Program-made: the position numbers and the translations under genes | Part shown: positions 15,001 to 30,000 of the stretch, piece after piece | Numbering within the stretch: position 1 is the stretch's first letter | Layout of the letters: every line of letters begins with the position of its first letter | The notes under the pieces: generated by a model | Databases searched by the model: none | What the model was told of the DNA's origin: nothing | The model's input: the letters and a program-made list of their open reading frames with translations, nothing else | Assembly: GCA_964016885.1 (NCBI GenBank) | Contig: OZ024748.1 | Coordinates: 26,474,001 to 26,538,000, forward strand | Direction of reading: 5' to 3' | DNA: 64,000 nt | Source: Eledone cirrhosa | Lineage: Eukaryota

Positions 15001-18000
15001 ATCACTGAAACTATAACAGACACAACAGCAACAACATCAAAGCTTCCTTCAACAAGTGAAACCCATATAGAAACTCCTAAATCTACTTCTGAACTGCCTC
15101 ATATAACTTACATTGAAACAAGTACAGTGGAAAGAACAACACAAATTACAGATATTGAAACTGAACGCACAACTCAGACAGAAATTACACCACAACTAAC
15201 AACATCTCCTGAAGAAACAAGTCTGTCTACTCAGGTAGAGGACATCGAAAGGGTGCCACCAACACAAGTTGCTAGCACAATGCATACATCACCTGAAACA
15301 ACAGTTGTTTCATCTCCAGAACACACCTCTATAACACCTACAGATGAACTTACTAGTATTGAATATAGAACTGAGACATCAACTGAAAAATCACTACCTA
15401 CGATAACACCTACAAGCACAGCAGAAAAGATCACTGAAACTATAACAGACACAACAGCAACAACATCACAGCTTCCTTCAACAAGTGAAATCCATATAGA
15501 AACTCCTAAATCTACTTCTGAACTGCCTCATATAACTGACATTGAAACAAGTACAGTGGAAAGAACAACACAAGTTACAGATATTGAAACTGAGTGGAAA
15601 ACTCAGACAGAAGTTACACCACAACAAACAACATCTCCTGAAGAAACAACTCTGTCTACTCAGGTAGAGGACATCGAAAAGGTGACACCAACACAAGTTG
15701 CTAGCACAATGCATACATCACCTGAAACAACAGTTGTTTCATCTCCAGAACACACCTCTATAACACCTACAGATGAACTTACTAGTATTGAATATACAAC
15801 TGTGACATCAACTGAAAAACCACTACCTATAAAGACACCTACAAGCACAGCTGAAAAGATCACTGAAACTAGAACAGACACAACAGCAACAACATCACAG
15901 CTTCCTTCAGCAAGTGAAATCCATATAGAAACTCCTAAATCTACTTCTGAACTGCCTCATATAACAGACATTGAAACAAGTACAATGGAAAGAACAACAC
16001 AAATTACAGATATTGAAACGGAACGCACAACTCAGACAGAAATTACACCACAACTAACAACATCTCCTGAAGAAACAACTCTGTCTACTCAGGTAGAGGA
16101 CATCAAAAGGGTGACACCAACACAAGTTGCTAGCACAATGCATACATCACCTGAAACAACAGTTGTTTCATCTCCAGAACACACCTCTATAACACCTACA
16201 GATGAACTTACTAGTATTGAATATACAACTGAGACATCAACTGAAAAACCACTACCTATAAAGACACCTACAAGCACAGCTGAAAAGATCACTGAAACTA
16301 TAACAGACACAACATCAACAACAACACAGCTTCCTTCAACAAGTGAAATCCATATAGAAACTCCTAAATCTACTTCTGAACTGCCTCATATAACTGACAT
16401 TGAAACAAGTACAGTGGAAAGAACAACACAAATTACAGATATTGAAACTGAACGCACAACTCAGACAGAAATTACACCACAACTAACAACATCTCCTGAA
16501 GAAACAACTCTGTCTACTCAGGTAGAGGACATCGAAAGGGTGACACCAACACAAGTTGCTAGCACAATGCATACATCACCTGAAACAACAGTTGTTTCAT
16601 CTCCAGAACACACCTCTATAACACCTACAGATGAACTTACTAGTATTGAATATACAACTGAGACATCAACTGAAAAACCACTACCTATAAAGACACCTAC
16701 AAGCACAGCAGAAAAGATCACTGAAACTATAACAGACACAACAGCAACAACATCACAGCTTCCTTCAACAAGTGAAATCCATATAGAAACTCCTAAATCT
16801 ACTTCTGAACTGCCTCATATAACTGACATTGAAACAAGTACAGTGGAAAGAACAACACAAATTACAGATATTGAAACTGAACGCACAACTCAGACAGAAA
16901 TTACACCACAACTAACAACATCTCCTGAAGAAACAACTCTGTCTACTCAGGTAGAGGACATCGAAAAGGTGACACCAACACTGGTTGCTAGCACAATGCA
17001 TACATCACCTGAAACAACAGTTGTTTCATCTCCAGAACACACCTCTATAACACCTACAGATGAACTTACTAGTATTGAATATACAACTGAGACATCAACT
17101 GAAAAACCACTACCTATAAAGACACCTACAAGCACAGCTGAAAAGATCACTGAAACTATAACAGACACAACAGCAACAACATCACAGCTTCCTTCAACAA
17201 GTGAAATCCATATAGAAACTCCTAAATCTACTTCTGAACTGCCTCATATAACTGACGTTGAAACAAGTACGATGGAAAGAACAACACAAATTACAGATAT
17301 TGAAACTGAACGCACAACTCAGACAGAAATTACACCACAACTAACAACATCTCCTGAAGAAACAACTCTGTCTACTCAGGTAGAGGACATCGAAAAGGTG
17401 ACACCAACACGAGTTGCTAGCACAATGCTTACATCACCTGAAACAACAGTTGTTTCATCTCCTGAACACACCTCTATAACATCTACAGATGAACTTACTA
17501 GTATTGAATATAGAACTGAGACATCAACTGAAAAATCACTACCTACGATAACACCTACAAGCACAGCAGAAAAGATCACTGAAACTATAACAGACACAAC
17601 AGCAACAACATCACAGCTTCCTTCAACAAGTGAAATCCATATAGAAACTCCTAAATCTACTTCTGAACTGCCTCATATAACTGACATTGAAACAAGTACA
17701 GTGGAAAGGACAACACAAATTACAGATATTGAAACTGAACGCACAACTCAGACAGAAATTACACCACAACTAACAACATCTCCTGAAGAAACAACTCTGT
17801 CTACTCAGGTAGAGGACATCGTAAAGGTGACACCAACACAAGTTGCTAGCACAATGCATACATCACCTGAAACAACAGTTGTTTCGTCTCCAGAACACAC
17901 CTCTATAACACCTACAGATGAACTTACTAGTATTGAATATACAACTGAGACATCAACTGAAAAACCACTACCTATCAAGACACCTACAAGCACGGCAGAA

Positions 18001-21000
18001 AAGATCACTGAAACTATAACAGACACAGTAGCAACAACATCACAGCTTCCTTCAACAAGTGAAATCCATATAGAAACTCCTAAATCTACTTCTGAACTGC
18101 CTTATACAACTGACATTGAAACAAGTACAGCGGAAAGGACAACACAAATTACAGATATTGAAACTGAACGCACAACTCAGACAGAAATTACACCACAACT
18201 AACAACATCTCCTGAAGAAACAACTCTGTCTACTCAGGTAGAGGACATCGTAAAGGTGACACCAACACAAGTTGCTAGCACAATGCATACATCACCTGAA
18301 ACAACAGTTGTTTCATCTCCAGAACGCACCTCTATAACACCTACAGATGAACTTACTAGTATTGAATATACAACTGAGACATCAACTGAAAAACCACTAC
18401 CTATCAAGACACCTACAAGCACAGCGGAAAAGATCACTGAAACTAGAACAGACACAACAGCAACAACATCACAGCTTCCTTTAAGAACAACACAAGTTAC
18501 AGATATTGAAACTGAGCGCACAACTCAGACAGAAATTACACCACAACAAACAACATCTCCTAAAGAAACAACACAGTCTACTCATATAACTGACATTGAA
18601 ACAAGTACAGTGGAAAGAACAACACAAATTACAGATATTGAAACTGAACGCACAACTCAGACAGAAATTACACCACAACTAACAACATCTGAAGAAACAA
18701 CTCTGTCAACTCAGGTAGAGGACATCGAAAAGGTGACACCAACAACAGTTGTTTCATCTCCAGAACACACCTCTATAACACCTACAGATGAACTTACTAG
18801 TATTGAATATACAACTGAGACATCAACTGAAAAACTACTACCTGTCAAGACACATACAAGCACCGCAGAAAAGATCACTGAAACTAGAACAGACACAACA
18901 GCAACAACATCACAGTTTCCACAGTTTCCTTTAACAAGTGAAATCCATATAGAAACTCATAAATCTACTTCTGAACTGCCTCATATAACTGACATTGAAA
19001 CAAGTACAGTGGAAAGAACAACACAAATTACAGATATTGAAACTGAACGCACAACTCAAGCAGAAATTACACCACAACAAACAACATCTCCTGAAGAAAC
19101 AACTCTGTCTACTCAGGTAGAGGACATCGAAAAGGTGACACCAACACAAGTTGCTAGCACAATGCATACATCACCTGAAACAACAGTTGTTTCATCTCCA
19201 GAACACACCTCTATAACACCTACAGATGAACTTACTAGTATTGAATATACAACTGAGACATCAACTGAAAAACCACTACCTATAAAGACACCTACAAGCA
19301 CAGCAGAAAAGATCACTGAAACTAGAACAGACACAACAGCAACGACATCACAGCTTCCTTTAACAACTGAAATCCATATAGAAACTCCTAAATCTACTTC
19401 TGAACTGCCTCATATAACTGACATTGAAACAAGTACAGTGGAAAGAACAACACAAATTACAGATATTGAAACTGAACGCACAACTCAGACAGAAATTACA
19501 CCACAACTAACAACATCTCCTGAAGAAACAACTCTGTCTACTCAGGTAGAGGACATCGAAAGGGTGACACCAACACAAGTTGCTAGCACAATGCATACAT
19601 CACCTGAAACAACAGTTGTTTCATCTCCAGAACACACCTCTATAACACCTACAGATGAACTTACTAGTATTGAATATACAACTGAGACATCAACTGAAAA
19701 ACCACTACCTATGACAACAAGTACAAGCACAGCAGAAAAGATCACTGAAACTAGAACAGACACAACAGCAACAACATCACAGCTTCCTTCAACAAGTGAA
19801 ATCCATATAGAAACTCCTAAATCTACTTCTGAACTGCCTCATATAACTGACATTGAAACAAGTACAGTGGAAAGAACAACACAAGTTACAGATATTGAAA
19901 CTGAGCGCACAACTCAGACAGAAATTACACCACAACACACAACATCTCCTGAAGAAACAACACTGTCTACTCAGGTAGAGGACATCGTAAAGGTGACAGC
20001 AACACAAGTTGCTAGCACAATGCATACATCACCTGAAACGACAGTTGTTTCATCTCCTGAACACACCTCTATGACACCTACAGATGAACATACTATTATT
20101 GAATATAGAACTGAGACATCAACTGAAAAACCACTACCTATAAAGACACCTACAAGCACAGCTGAAAAGATCACTGAAACTATAACAGACATAACAGCAA
20201 CAACATCACAGCTTCCTTCAACAAGTGAAATCCATATAGAAACTCCTAAATCTACTTCTGAACTGCCTCGTATAACTGACATTGAAACAAGTACAGTGGA
20301 AAGAACAACACACGTTACAGATATTGAAACTGAACGCACAACTCAGACAGAAATTACACCACAACTAACAACATCTCCTGAAGAAACAACTCTGTCTACT
20401 CAGGTAGAGGACATCGAAAAGGTGACACCAACACCAGTTGCTAGCACAATGCATACATCACCTGAAAGAACAGTTGTTTCATCTCCTGAACACACTTCTA
20501 TAACACCTACAGATGAACTCACTATTAAAGAATACATAACTGAGACATCAACAGAAAAATCACTACCTATGACAACACCTACACGCACAGCAGAAAAGAT
20601 CACTGAAACTAGAACAGACACAGCAGCAACAACATCACAGCTTCCTTCAACAAGTGAAATCCATATAGAAACTCATAAATCTACTTCTGAACTGCCTCAT
20701 ATAACTGACATTGAAAAAAGTACAGTGGAAAGAACAACACAAGTTACAAATATTGAAACTAAGCGCAGAACTCAGACAGAAATTACACCACAACAAACAA
20801 CATCTCCTGAAGAAACAACGCTGTCTACTCAGGTAGAGGACATCGTAAAGGTGACACCAACACAAGTTGCTAGCACAATGCATACATCACCTGAAACAAC
20901 AGTTGTTTCATCTCCTGAACACACCTCTATAACACCTACAGATGAACTTACTAGTATTGAATATACAACTGAGACATCAACTGAAAAACCACTACCTATC

Positions 21001-24000
21001 AAGACACATACAAGCACAGCAGAAAAGATCACTGAAACTAGAACAGACACAACAGCAACAACATCACAGCTTCCTTCAACAAGTGAAATCCATATAGAAA
21101 CTCCTAAATCTACTTCTGAACTGCCTCATGTAACTGACATTGAAACAAGTACAGTGGAAAGAACAACACAAATTACAGATATTGAGACTGAACGCACAAC
21201 TCAGACAGAAAGTACACCACAACTAACAACATCTCCTGAAGAAACAACTCTGTCTACTCAGGTAGAGGACATCGAAAGGGTGACACCAACACAAGTTGCT
21301 AGCACAATGCATACATCACCTGAAACAACAGTTGTTTCATCTCCAGAACACACCTCTATAACACCTACAGATGAACTTACTAGTATTGAATATACAACTG
21401 AGACATCAACTGAAAAACCACTACCTATAAAGACACCTACAAGCACAGCTGAAAAGATCACTGAAACTATAACAGACACAACAGCAACAACATCACAGCT
21501 TCCTTCAACAAGTGAAATCCATATAGAAACTCCTAAATCTACTTCTGAACTGCCTCATATAACAGACATTGAAACAAGTACAATGGAAAGAACAACACAA
21601 ATTACAGATATTGAAACTGAACGCACAACTCAGACAGAAATTACACCACAACTAACAACATCTCCTGAAGAAACAACTCTGTCTACTCAGGTAGAGGACA
21701 TCAAAAAGGTGACACCAACACAAGTTGCTAGCACAATGCATACATCACCTGAAACAACAGTTGTTTCATCTCCTGAACACACCTCTATAACACCTACAGA
21801 TGAACTTACTAGTATTGAATATAGAACTGAGACATCAACTGAAAAATCACTACCTACGATAACACCTACAAGCACAGCAGAAAAGATCACTGAACCTAGA
21901 ACAGACACAACACCAACAACATCACAGCTTCCTTCAACAAGTGAAATCCATATAGAAACTCCTAAATCTACTTCTGAACTGCCTCATATAACTGACATTG
22001 AAACAAGTACAGTGGAAAGAACCACACGAGTTACAGATATTGAAACTGAGCGCACAACTCAGGCAGAAATTACACCACAACCAACAACATCTCCTGAAGA
22101 AACAACACTGTCTACTCAGGTAGAGGACATCGTAAAGGTGACACCAACACAAGTTGCTAGCACAATGCATACATCACCTGAAACAACAGTTGTTTCATCT
22201 CCAGAACACACCTCTATAACACCTACAGATGAACTTACTAGTATTGAATATACAACTGAGACATCAACTGAAAAACCACTACCTATCAAGACACCTACAA
22301 GCACAGCAGAAAAGATCACTGAAACTAGAACAGACACAACAGCAACAACATCTCAGCTTCCTTCAGCAAGTGAAATCCATATAGAAACTCCTAAATCTAC
22401 TTCTGAACTGCCTCATATAACAGACATTGAAACAAGTACAATGGAAAGAACAACACAAATTACAGATATTGAAACTGAACGCACAACTCAGACAGAAATT
22501 ACACCACAACTAACAACATCTCCTGAAGAAACAACTCTGTCTACTCAGGTAGAGGACATCGAAAAGGTGACACCAACTCAAGTTGCTAGTACAATGCATA
22601 CATCACCTGAAACGACAGTTGTTTCATCTCCAGAACACACCTCTATAACACCTACAGATGAACTTACTAGTATTGAATATACAACTGAGACATCAACTGA
22701 AAAATCACTACCTACGATAACACCTACAAGCACAGCAGAAAAGATCACTAAAACTATAACAGACACAACAGCAACAACAACACAGCTTCCTTCAACAAGT
22801 GAAATCCATATAGAAACTCCTAAATCTACTTCTGAACTGCCTCATATAACTGACATTGAAACAAGTAGAGTGGAAAGAACAACACAAATTACAGATATTG
22901 AAACTGAATGCACAACTCAGACAGAAATTACACCACAACTAACAACATCTCCTGAAGAAACAACTCTGTCTACTCAGGTAGAGGACATCGAAAGGGTGAC
23001 ACCAACACAAGTTGCTAGCACAATGCATACATCACCTGAAACAAAAGTTGTTTCATATCCTGAACACACCTCTATAACACCTACAGATGAACTTACTAGT
23101 ATTGAATATAGAACTGAGACATCAACTGAAAAATCACTACCTACGATAACACCTACAAGCACAGCTGAAAAGATCACTGAAACTAGAACAGACACAACAG
23201 CAACAACGTCACAGCTTCCTTCAACAAGTGAAATCCATATAGAAACTCCTAAATCTACTTCTGAACTGCCTCATATAACTGACATTGAAACAAGTACAGT
23301 GGAAAGAACAACACAAGTTACAGATATTGAAACTGAGCGCACAACTCACACAGAAATTACACCACAACAAACAACATCTCCTGAAGAAACAACACTGTCT
23401 ACTCAGGTAGAGGACATCGTAAAGGTGACACCAACACAAGTTGCTAGCACAATGCATACATCACCTGAAACAACAGTTGTTTCATCTCCAGAAATCACCT
23501 CTATAACACCTACAGATGAACTTACTAGTATTGAATATACAACTGTAACATCAACTGAAAAACCACTACCTATAAAGACACCTACAAGCACAGCTGAAAA
23601 GATCACTGAAACTATAACAGACACAACAGCAAGAACATCACAGCTTCCTTCAACAAGTGAAATCCATATAGAAACTCCTAAATCTACTTCTGAACTGCCT
23701 CATATAACAGACATTGAAACAAGTACAATGGAAAGAACAACACAAATTACAGATATTGAAACTGAACGCACAACTCAGACAGAAATTACACCACAACTAA
23801 CAACAACTCCTGAAGAAACAACTCTGTTTACTCAGGTAGAGGACATTGAAAAGGTGACACCAACACAAGTTGCTAGCACAATGCATACATCACCTGAAAC
23901 AACAGTTGTTTCGTCTCCAGAACACACCTCTATAACACCTACACATGAACTTACTAGTATTGAATATACAACTGAGACATCAACTGAAAAACCACTACCT

Positions 24001-27000
24001 ATAAAGACACCTACAAGCACAGCTGAAAAGATCACTGAAACTATAACAGACACAACAGCAACAACATCACAGCTTCCTTCAACAAGTGAAACCCATATTG
24101 AAACTCCTAAATCTACTTCTGAACTGCCTCATATAACTGACATTGAAACAAGTACAGTGGAAAGAACAACACAAATTACAGATATTGAAACTGAACGCAC
24201 AACTCAGACAGAAATTACACCACAACTAACAACATCACCTGAAGAAACAACTCTGTCTACTCAGGTAGAGGACATCGAAAAGGTGACACCAACACAAGTT
24301 GCTAGCACAATGCATACATCACCTGAAACAACAGTTGTTTCAGCTCCAGAACACACCTCTATAACACCTACAGATGAACTTACTAGTATTGAATATAGAA
24401 CTGAGACATCAACTGAAAAATCACTACCTACGATAACACCTACAAGCACAGCAGAAAAGATCACTGAAACTATAACAGACACAACAGCAACAACATCACA
24501 GCTTCCTTCAACAAGTGAAATCCATATAGAAACTCCTAAATCTACTTCTGAACTGCCTCATATAACTGACATTGAAACAAGTACAGTGGAAAGAACAACA
24601 CAAGTTACAGATATTGAAACTGAGTGGAAAACTCAGACAGAAGTTACACCACAACAAACAACATCTCCTGAAGAAACAACTCTGTCTACTCAGGTAGAGG
24701 ACATCGAAAAGGTGACACCAACACAAGTTGCTAGCACAATGCATATATCACCTGAAACAACAGTTGTTTCATCTCCAGAACACACCTCTATACCACCTAC
24801 AGATGAAATTACTAGTATTGAATATACAACTGAGACATCAACTGAAAAACCACTACCTATCAAGACACCTACAAGCACAGCAGAAAAGATCACTGAAACT
24901 AGAACAGACAAAACAACAACAACATCACAGCTTCCTTCAACAAGTGAAATCCATATAGAAACTCCTAAATCTACTTCTGAACTGCCTCATATAACTGACA
25001 TTGAAACAAGTACAATAGAAAGAACAACACAAATTACAGATATTGAAACTGAACGCACAACTCAGACAGGAATTACACCACAACTAACAACATCTCCTGA
25101 AGAAACAACTCTGTCTACTCAGGTAGAGGACATCGAAAAGGTGACACCAACACAAGTTGCTAGCACAATGCATATATCACCTGAAACAACAGTTGTTTCA
25201 TCTCCTGAACACACCTCTATAACACCTACAGATGAACTTACTAGTATTGAATATACAACTGAGGCATCAACTGAAAAATCACTACCTACGATATCACCTA
25301 CAAGCACAGCAGAAAAGATCACTAAAACTATAACAGACACAACAGCAACAACATCACAGCTTCCTTCAACAAGTGAAATCCATATAGAAACTCCTAAATC
25401 TACTTCTGAACTGCCTCATATAACTGACATTGAAACAAGTACAGTGGAAGGAACAACACAAGTTACAGATATTGAAACTGAGCGCACAACTCAGAGAGAA
25501 ATTACACCACAACAAACAACATCTCCTGAAGAAACAACACTGTCTACTCAGGTAGAGGACATTGAAAAGGTGACACCAACACAAGTTGCTAGCACAATGC
25601 ATACATCACCTGAAACAACAGTTGTTTCATCTCCAGAACACACCTCTATAACACCTACAGATGAACTTACTAGTATTGAATATACAACTGAGACATCAAC
25701 TGAAAAACCACTACCTATCAAGACACCTAGAAGCACAGCAGAAAAGATCACTGAAACTAGAACAGACACAACAGCAACAACATCTCAGCGTCCTTCAACA
25801 AGTGAAATCCATATAGAAACTCCTAAATCTACTTCTGAACTGCCTCATATAACTGACATTGAAACAAGTACAATAGAAAGAACAACACAAATTACAGATA
25901 TTGAAACTGAACGCACAACTCAGACAGGAATTACACCACAACTAACAACATCTCCTGAAGAAACAACTCTGTCTACTCAGGTAGAGGACATTGAAAAGGT
26001 GACACCAACACAAGTTGCTAGCACAATGCATACATCACCTGAAACAACAGTTGTTTCATCTCCAGAACACACCTCTATAACACCTACAGATGAACTTACT
26101 AGTATTGAATATACAACTGAGACATCAACTGAAAAACCACTACCTATAAAGACACCTACAAGCACAGCAGAAAAGATCACTGAAACTAGAACAGACACAA
26201 CAGCAACAACATCACAGCTTCCTTCAACAAGTGAATTCCATATAGAAACTCCTAAATCTACTTCTGAACTGCCTCATATAACTGACATTGAAACAAGTAC
26301 AGTGGAAAGAACAACACAAGTTACAGATATTGAAACTGAGCGGACAACTCAGACAGAAATTACACCACAACAAACAACATCTCCTGAAGAAACAACTCTG
26401 TCTACTCAGGTAGAGGACATCGAAAAGGTGACACCAACACAAGTTGCTAGCACAATGCATATATCACCTGAAACAACAGTTGTTTCATCTCCTGAACACA
26501 CCTCTATAACACCTACAGATGAACTTACTAGTATTGAATATACAACTGAGACATCAACTGAAAAATCACTACCTACGATAACACCTACAAGCACAGCAGA
26601 AAAGATCACTGAAACTATAACAGACACAACAGCAACAACATCACAGCTTCCTTCAACAAGTGAAATCCATATAGAAACTCCTAAATCTACTTCTGAACTG
26701 CCTCATATAACTGACATTGAAACAAGTACAGTGGAAAGAACAACACAAGTTACAGATATTGAAACTGAGTGGAAAACTCAGACAGAAGTTACACCACAAC
26801 AAACAACATCTCCTGAAGAAACAACTCTGTCTACTCAGGTAGAGGACATCGAAAAGGTGACACCAACACAAGTTGCTAGCACAATGCATATATCACCTGA
26901 AACAACAGTTGTTTCATCTCCAGAACACACCTCTATACCACCTACAGATGAAATTACTAGTATTGAATATACAACTGAGACATCAACTGAAAAACCACTA

Positions 27001-30000
27001 CCTATCAAGACACCTACAAGCACAGCAGAAAAGATCACTGAAACTAGAACAGACAAAACAACAACAACATCACAGCTTCCTTCAACAAGTGAAATCCATA
27101 TAGAAACTCCTAAATCTACTTCTGAACTGCCTCATATAACTGACATTGAAACAAGTACAATAGAAAGAACAACACAAATTACAGATATTGAAACTGAACG
27201 CACAACTCAGACAGGAATTACACCACAACTAACAACATCTCCTGAAGAAACAACTCTGTCTACTCAGGTAGAGGACATCGAAAAGGTGACACCAACACAA
27301 GTTGCTAGCACAATGCATATATCACCTGAAACAACAGTTGTTTCATCTCCTGAACACACCTCTATAACACCTACAGATGAACTTACTAGTATTGAATATA
27401 CAACTGAGGCATCAACTGAAAAATCACTACCTACGATATCACCTACAAGCACAGCAGAAAAGATCACTAAAACTATAACAGACACAACAGCAACAACATC
27501 ACAGCTTCCTTCAACAAGTGAAATCCATATAGAAACTCCTAAATCTACTTCTGAACTGCCTCATATAACTGACATTGAAACAAGTACAGTGGAAGGAACA
27601 ACACAAGTTACAGATATTGAAACTGAGCGCACAACTCAGAGAGAAATTACACCACAACAAACAACATCTCCTGAAGAAACAACACTGTCTACTCAGGTAG
27701 AGGACATTGAAAAGGTGACACCAACACAAGTTGCTAGCACAATGCATACATCACCTGAAACAACAGTTGTTTCATCTCCAGAACACACCTCTATAACACC
27801 TACAGATGAACTTACTAGTATTGAATATACAACTGAGACATCAACTGAAAAACCACTACCTATCAAGACACCTAGAAGCACAGCAGAAAAGATCACTGAA
27901 ACTAGAACAGACACAACAGCAACAACATCTCAGCGTCCTTCAACAAGTGAAATCCATATAGAAACTCCTAAATCTACTTCTGAACTGCCTCATATAACTG
28001 ACATTGAAACAAGTACAATAGAAAGAACAACACAAATTACAGATATTGAAACTGAACGCACAACTCAGACAGGAATTACACCACAACTAACAACATCTCC
28101 TGAAGAAACAACTCTGTCTACTCAGGTAGAGGACATTGAAAAGGTGACACCAACACAAGTTGCTAGCACAATGCATACATCACCTGAAACAACAGTTGTT
28201 TCATCTCCAGAACACACCTCTATAACACCTACAGATGAACTTACTAGTATTGAATATACAACTGAGACATCAACTGAAAAACCACTACCTATAAAGACAC
28301 CTACAAGCACAGCAGAAAAGATCACTGAAACTAGAACAGACACAACAGCAACAACATCACAGCTTCCTTCAACAAGTGAATTCCATATAGAAACTCCTAA
28401 ATCTACTTCTGAACTGCCTCATATAACTGACATTGAAACAAGTACAGTGGAAAGAACAACACAAGTTACAGATATTGAAACTGAGCGGACAACTCAGACA
28501 GAAATTACACCACAACAAACAACATCTCCTGAAGAAACAACTCTGTCTACTCAGGTAGAGGACATCGAAAAGGTGACACCAACACAAGTTGCTAGCACAA
28601 TGCATATATCACCTGAAACAACAGTTGTTTCATCTCCTGAACACACCTCTATAACACCTACAGATGAACTTACTAGTATTGAATATACAACTGAGACATC
28701 AACTGAAAAATCACTACCTACGATAACACCTACAAGCACAGCAGAAAAGATCACTAAAACTATAACAGACACAACAGCAACAACATCACAGCTTCCTTCA
28801 ACAAGTGAAATCCATATAGAAACTCCTAAATCTACTTCTGAACTGCCTCATATAACTGACATTGAAACAAGTACAGTGGAAGGAACAACACAAGTTACAG
28901 ATATTGAAACTGAGCGCACAACTCAGAGAGAAATTACACCACAACAAACAACATCTCCTGAAGAAACAACACTGTCTACTCAGGTAGAGGACATTGAAAA
29001 GGTGACACCAACACAAGTTACTAGCACAATGCATACATCACCTGAAACAACAGTTGTTTCATCTCCAGAACACACCTCTATAACACCTACAGATGAACTT
29101 ACTAGTATTGAATATACAACTGAGACATCAACTGAAAAACCACTACCTATAAAGACACCTACAAACACAGCTGAAAAGATCACTGAAACTATAACAGACA
29201 CAACAGCAACAACATCACAGCTTCCTTCAACAAGTGAAATCCATATAGAAACTCCTAAATCTACTTCTGAACTGCCTCATATAACAGACATTGAAACAAG
29301 TACAATGGAAAGAACAACACAAATTACAGATATTGAAACTGAACGCACAACTCAGACAGAAATTACACCACAACTAACAACATCTCCTGAAGAAACAACT
29401 CTGTCTACTCAGGTAGAGGACATTGAAAAGGTGACACCAACACAAGTTGCTAGCACAATGCATACATCACCTGAAACAACAGTTGTTTCATCTCCAGAAC
29501 ACACCTCTATAACACCTACAGATGAACTTACTAGTATAGAATATACAACTGAGACATCAACTGAAAAACCACTACCTATACAGACACCTACAAGCACAGC
29601 TGAAAAGATCACTGAAACTATAACAGACACAACAGCAACAACATCACAGCTTCCTTCAACAAGTGAAATCCATATAGAAACTCATAAATCTACTTCTGAA
29701 CTGCCTCATATAACAAACATTGAAACAAGTACAATGGAAAGAACAACACAAATTACAGATATTGAAACTGAACGCACAACTCAGACAGAAATTACACCAC
29801 AACTAACAACATCTCCTGAAGAAACAACTCTGTCTAGACAGGTAGAGGACATCGAAAAGGTGACACCAACACAAGTTGCTAGCACAATGCATACATCACC
29901 TGAAACAACAGTTGTTTCATCTCCAGAATACACCTCTATAACACCTACAGATGAACTTACTAGTATTGAATATACAACTGAGACATCAACTGAAAAACCA

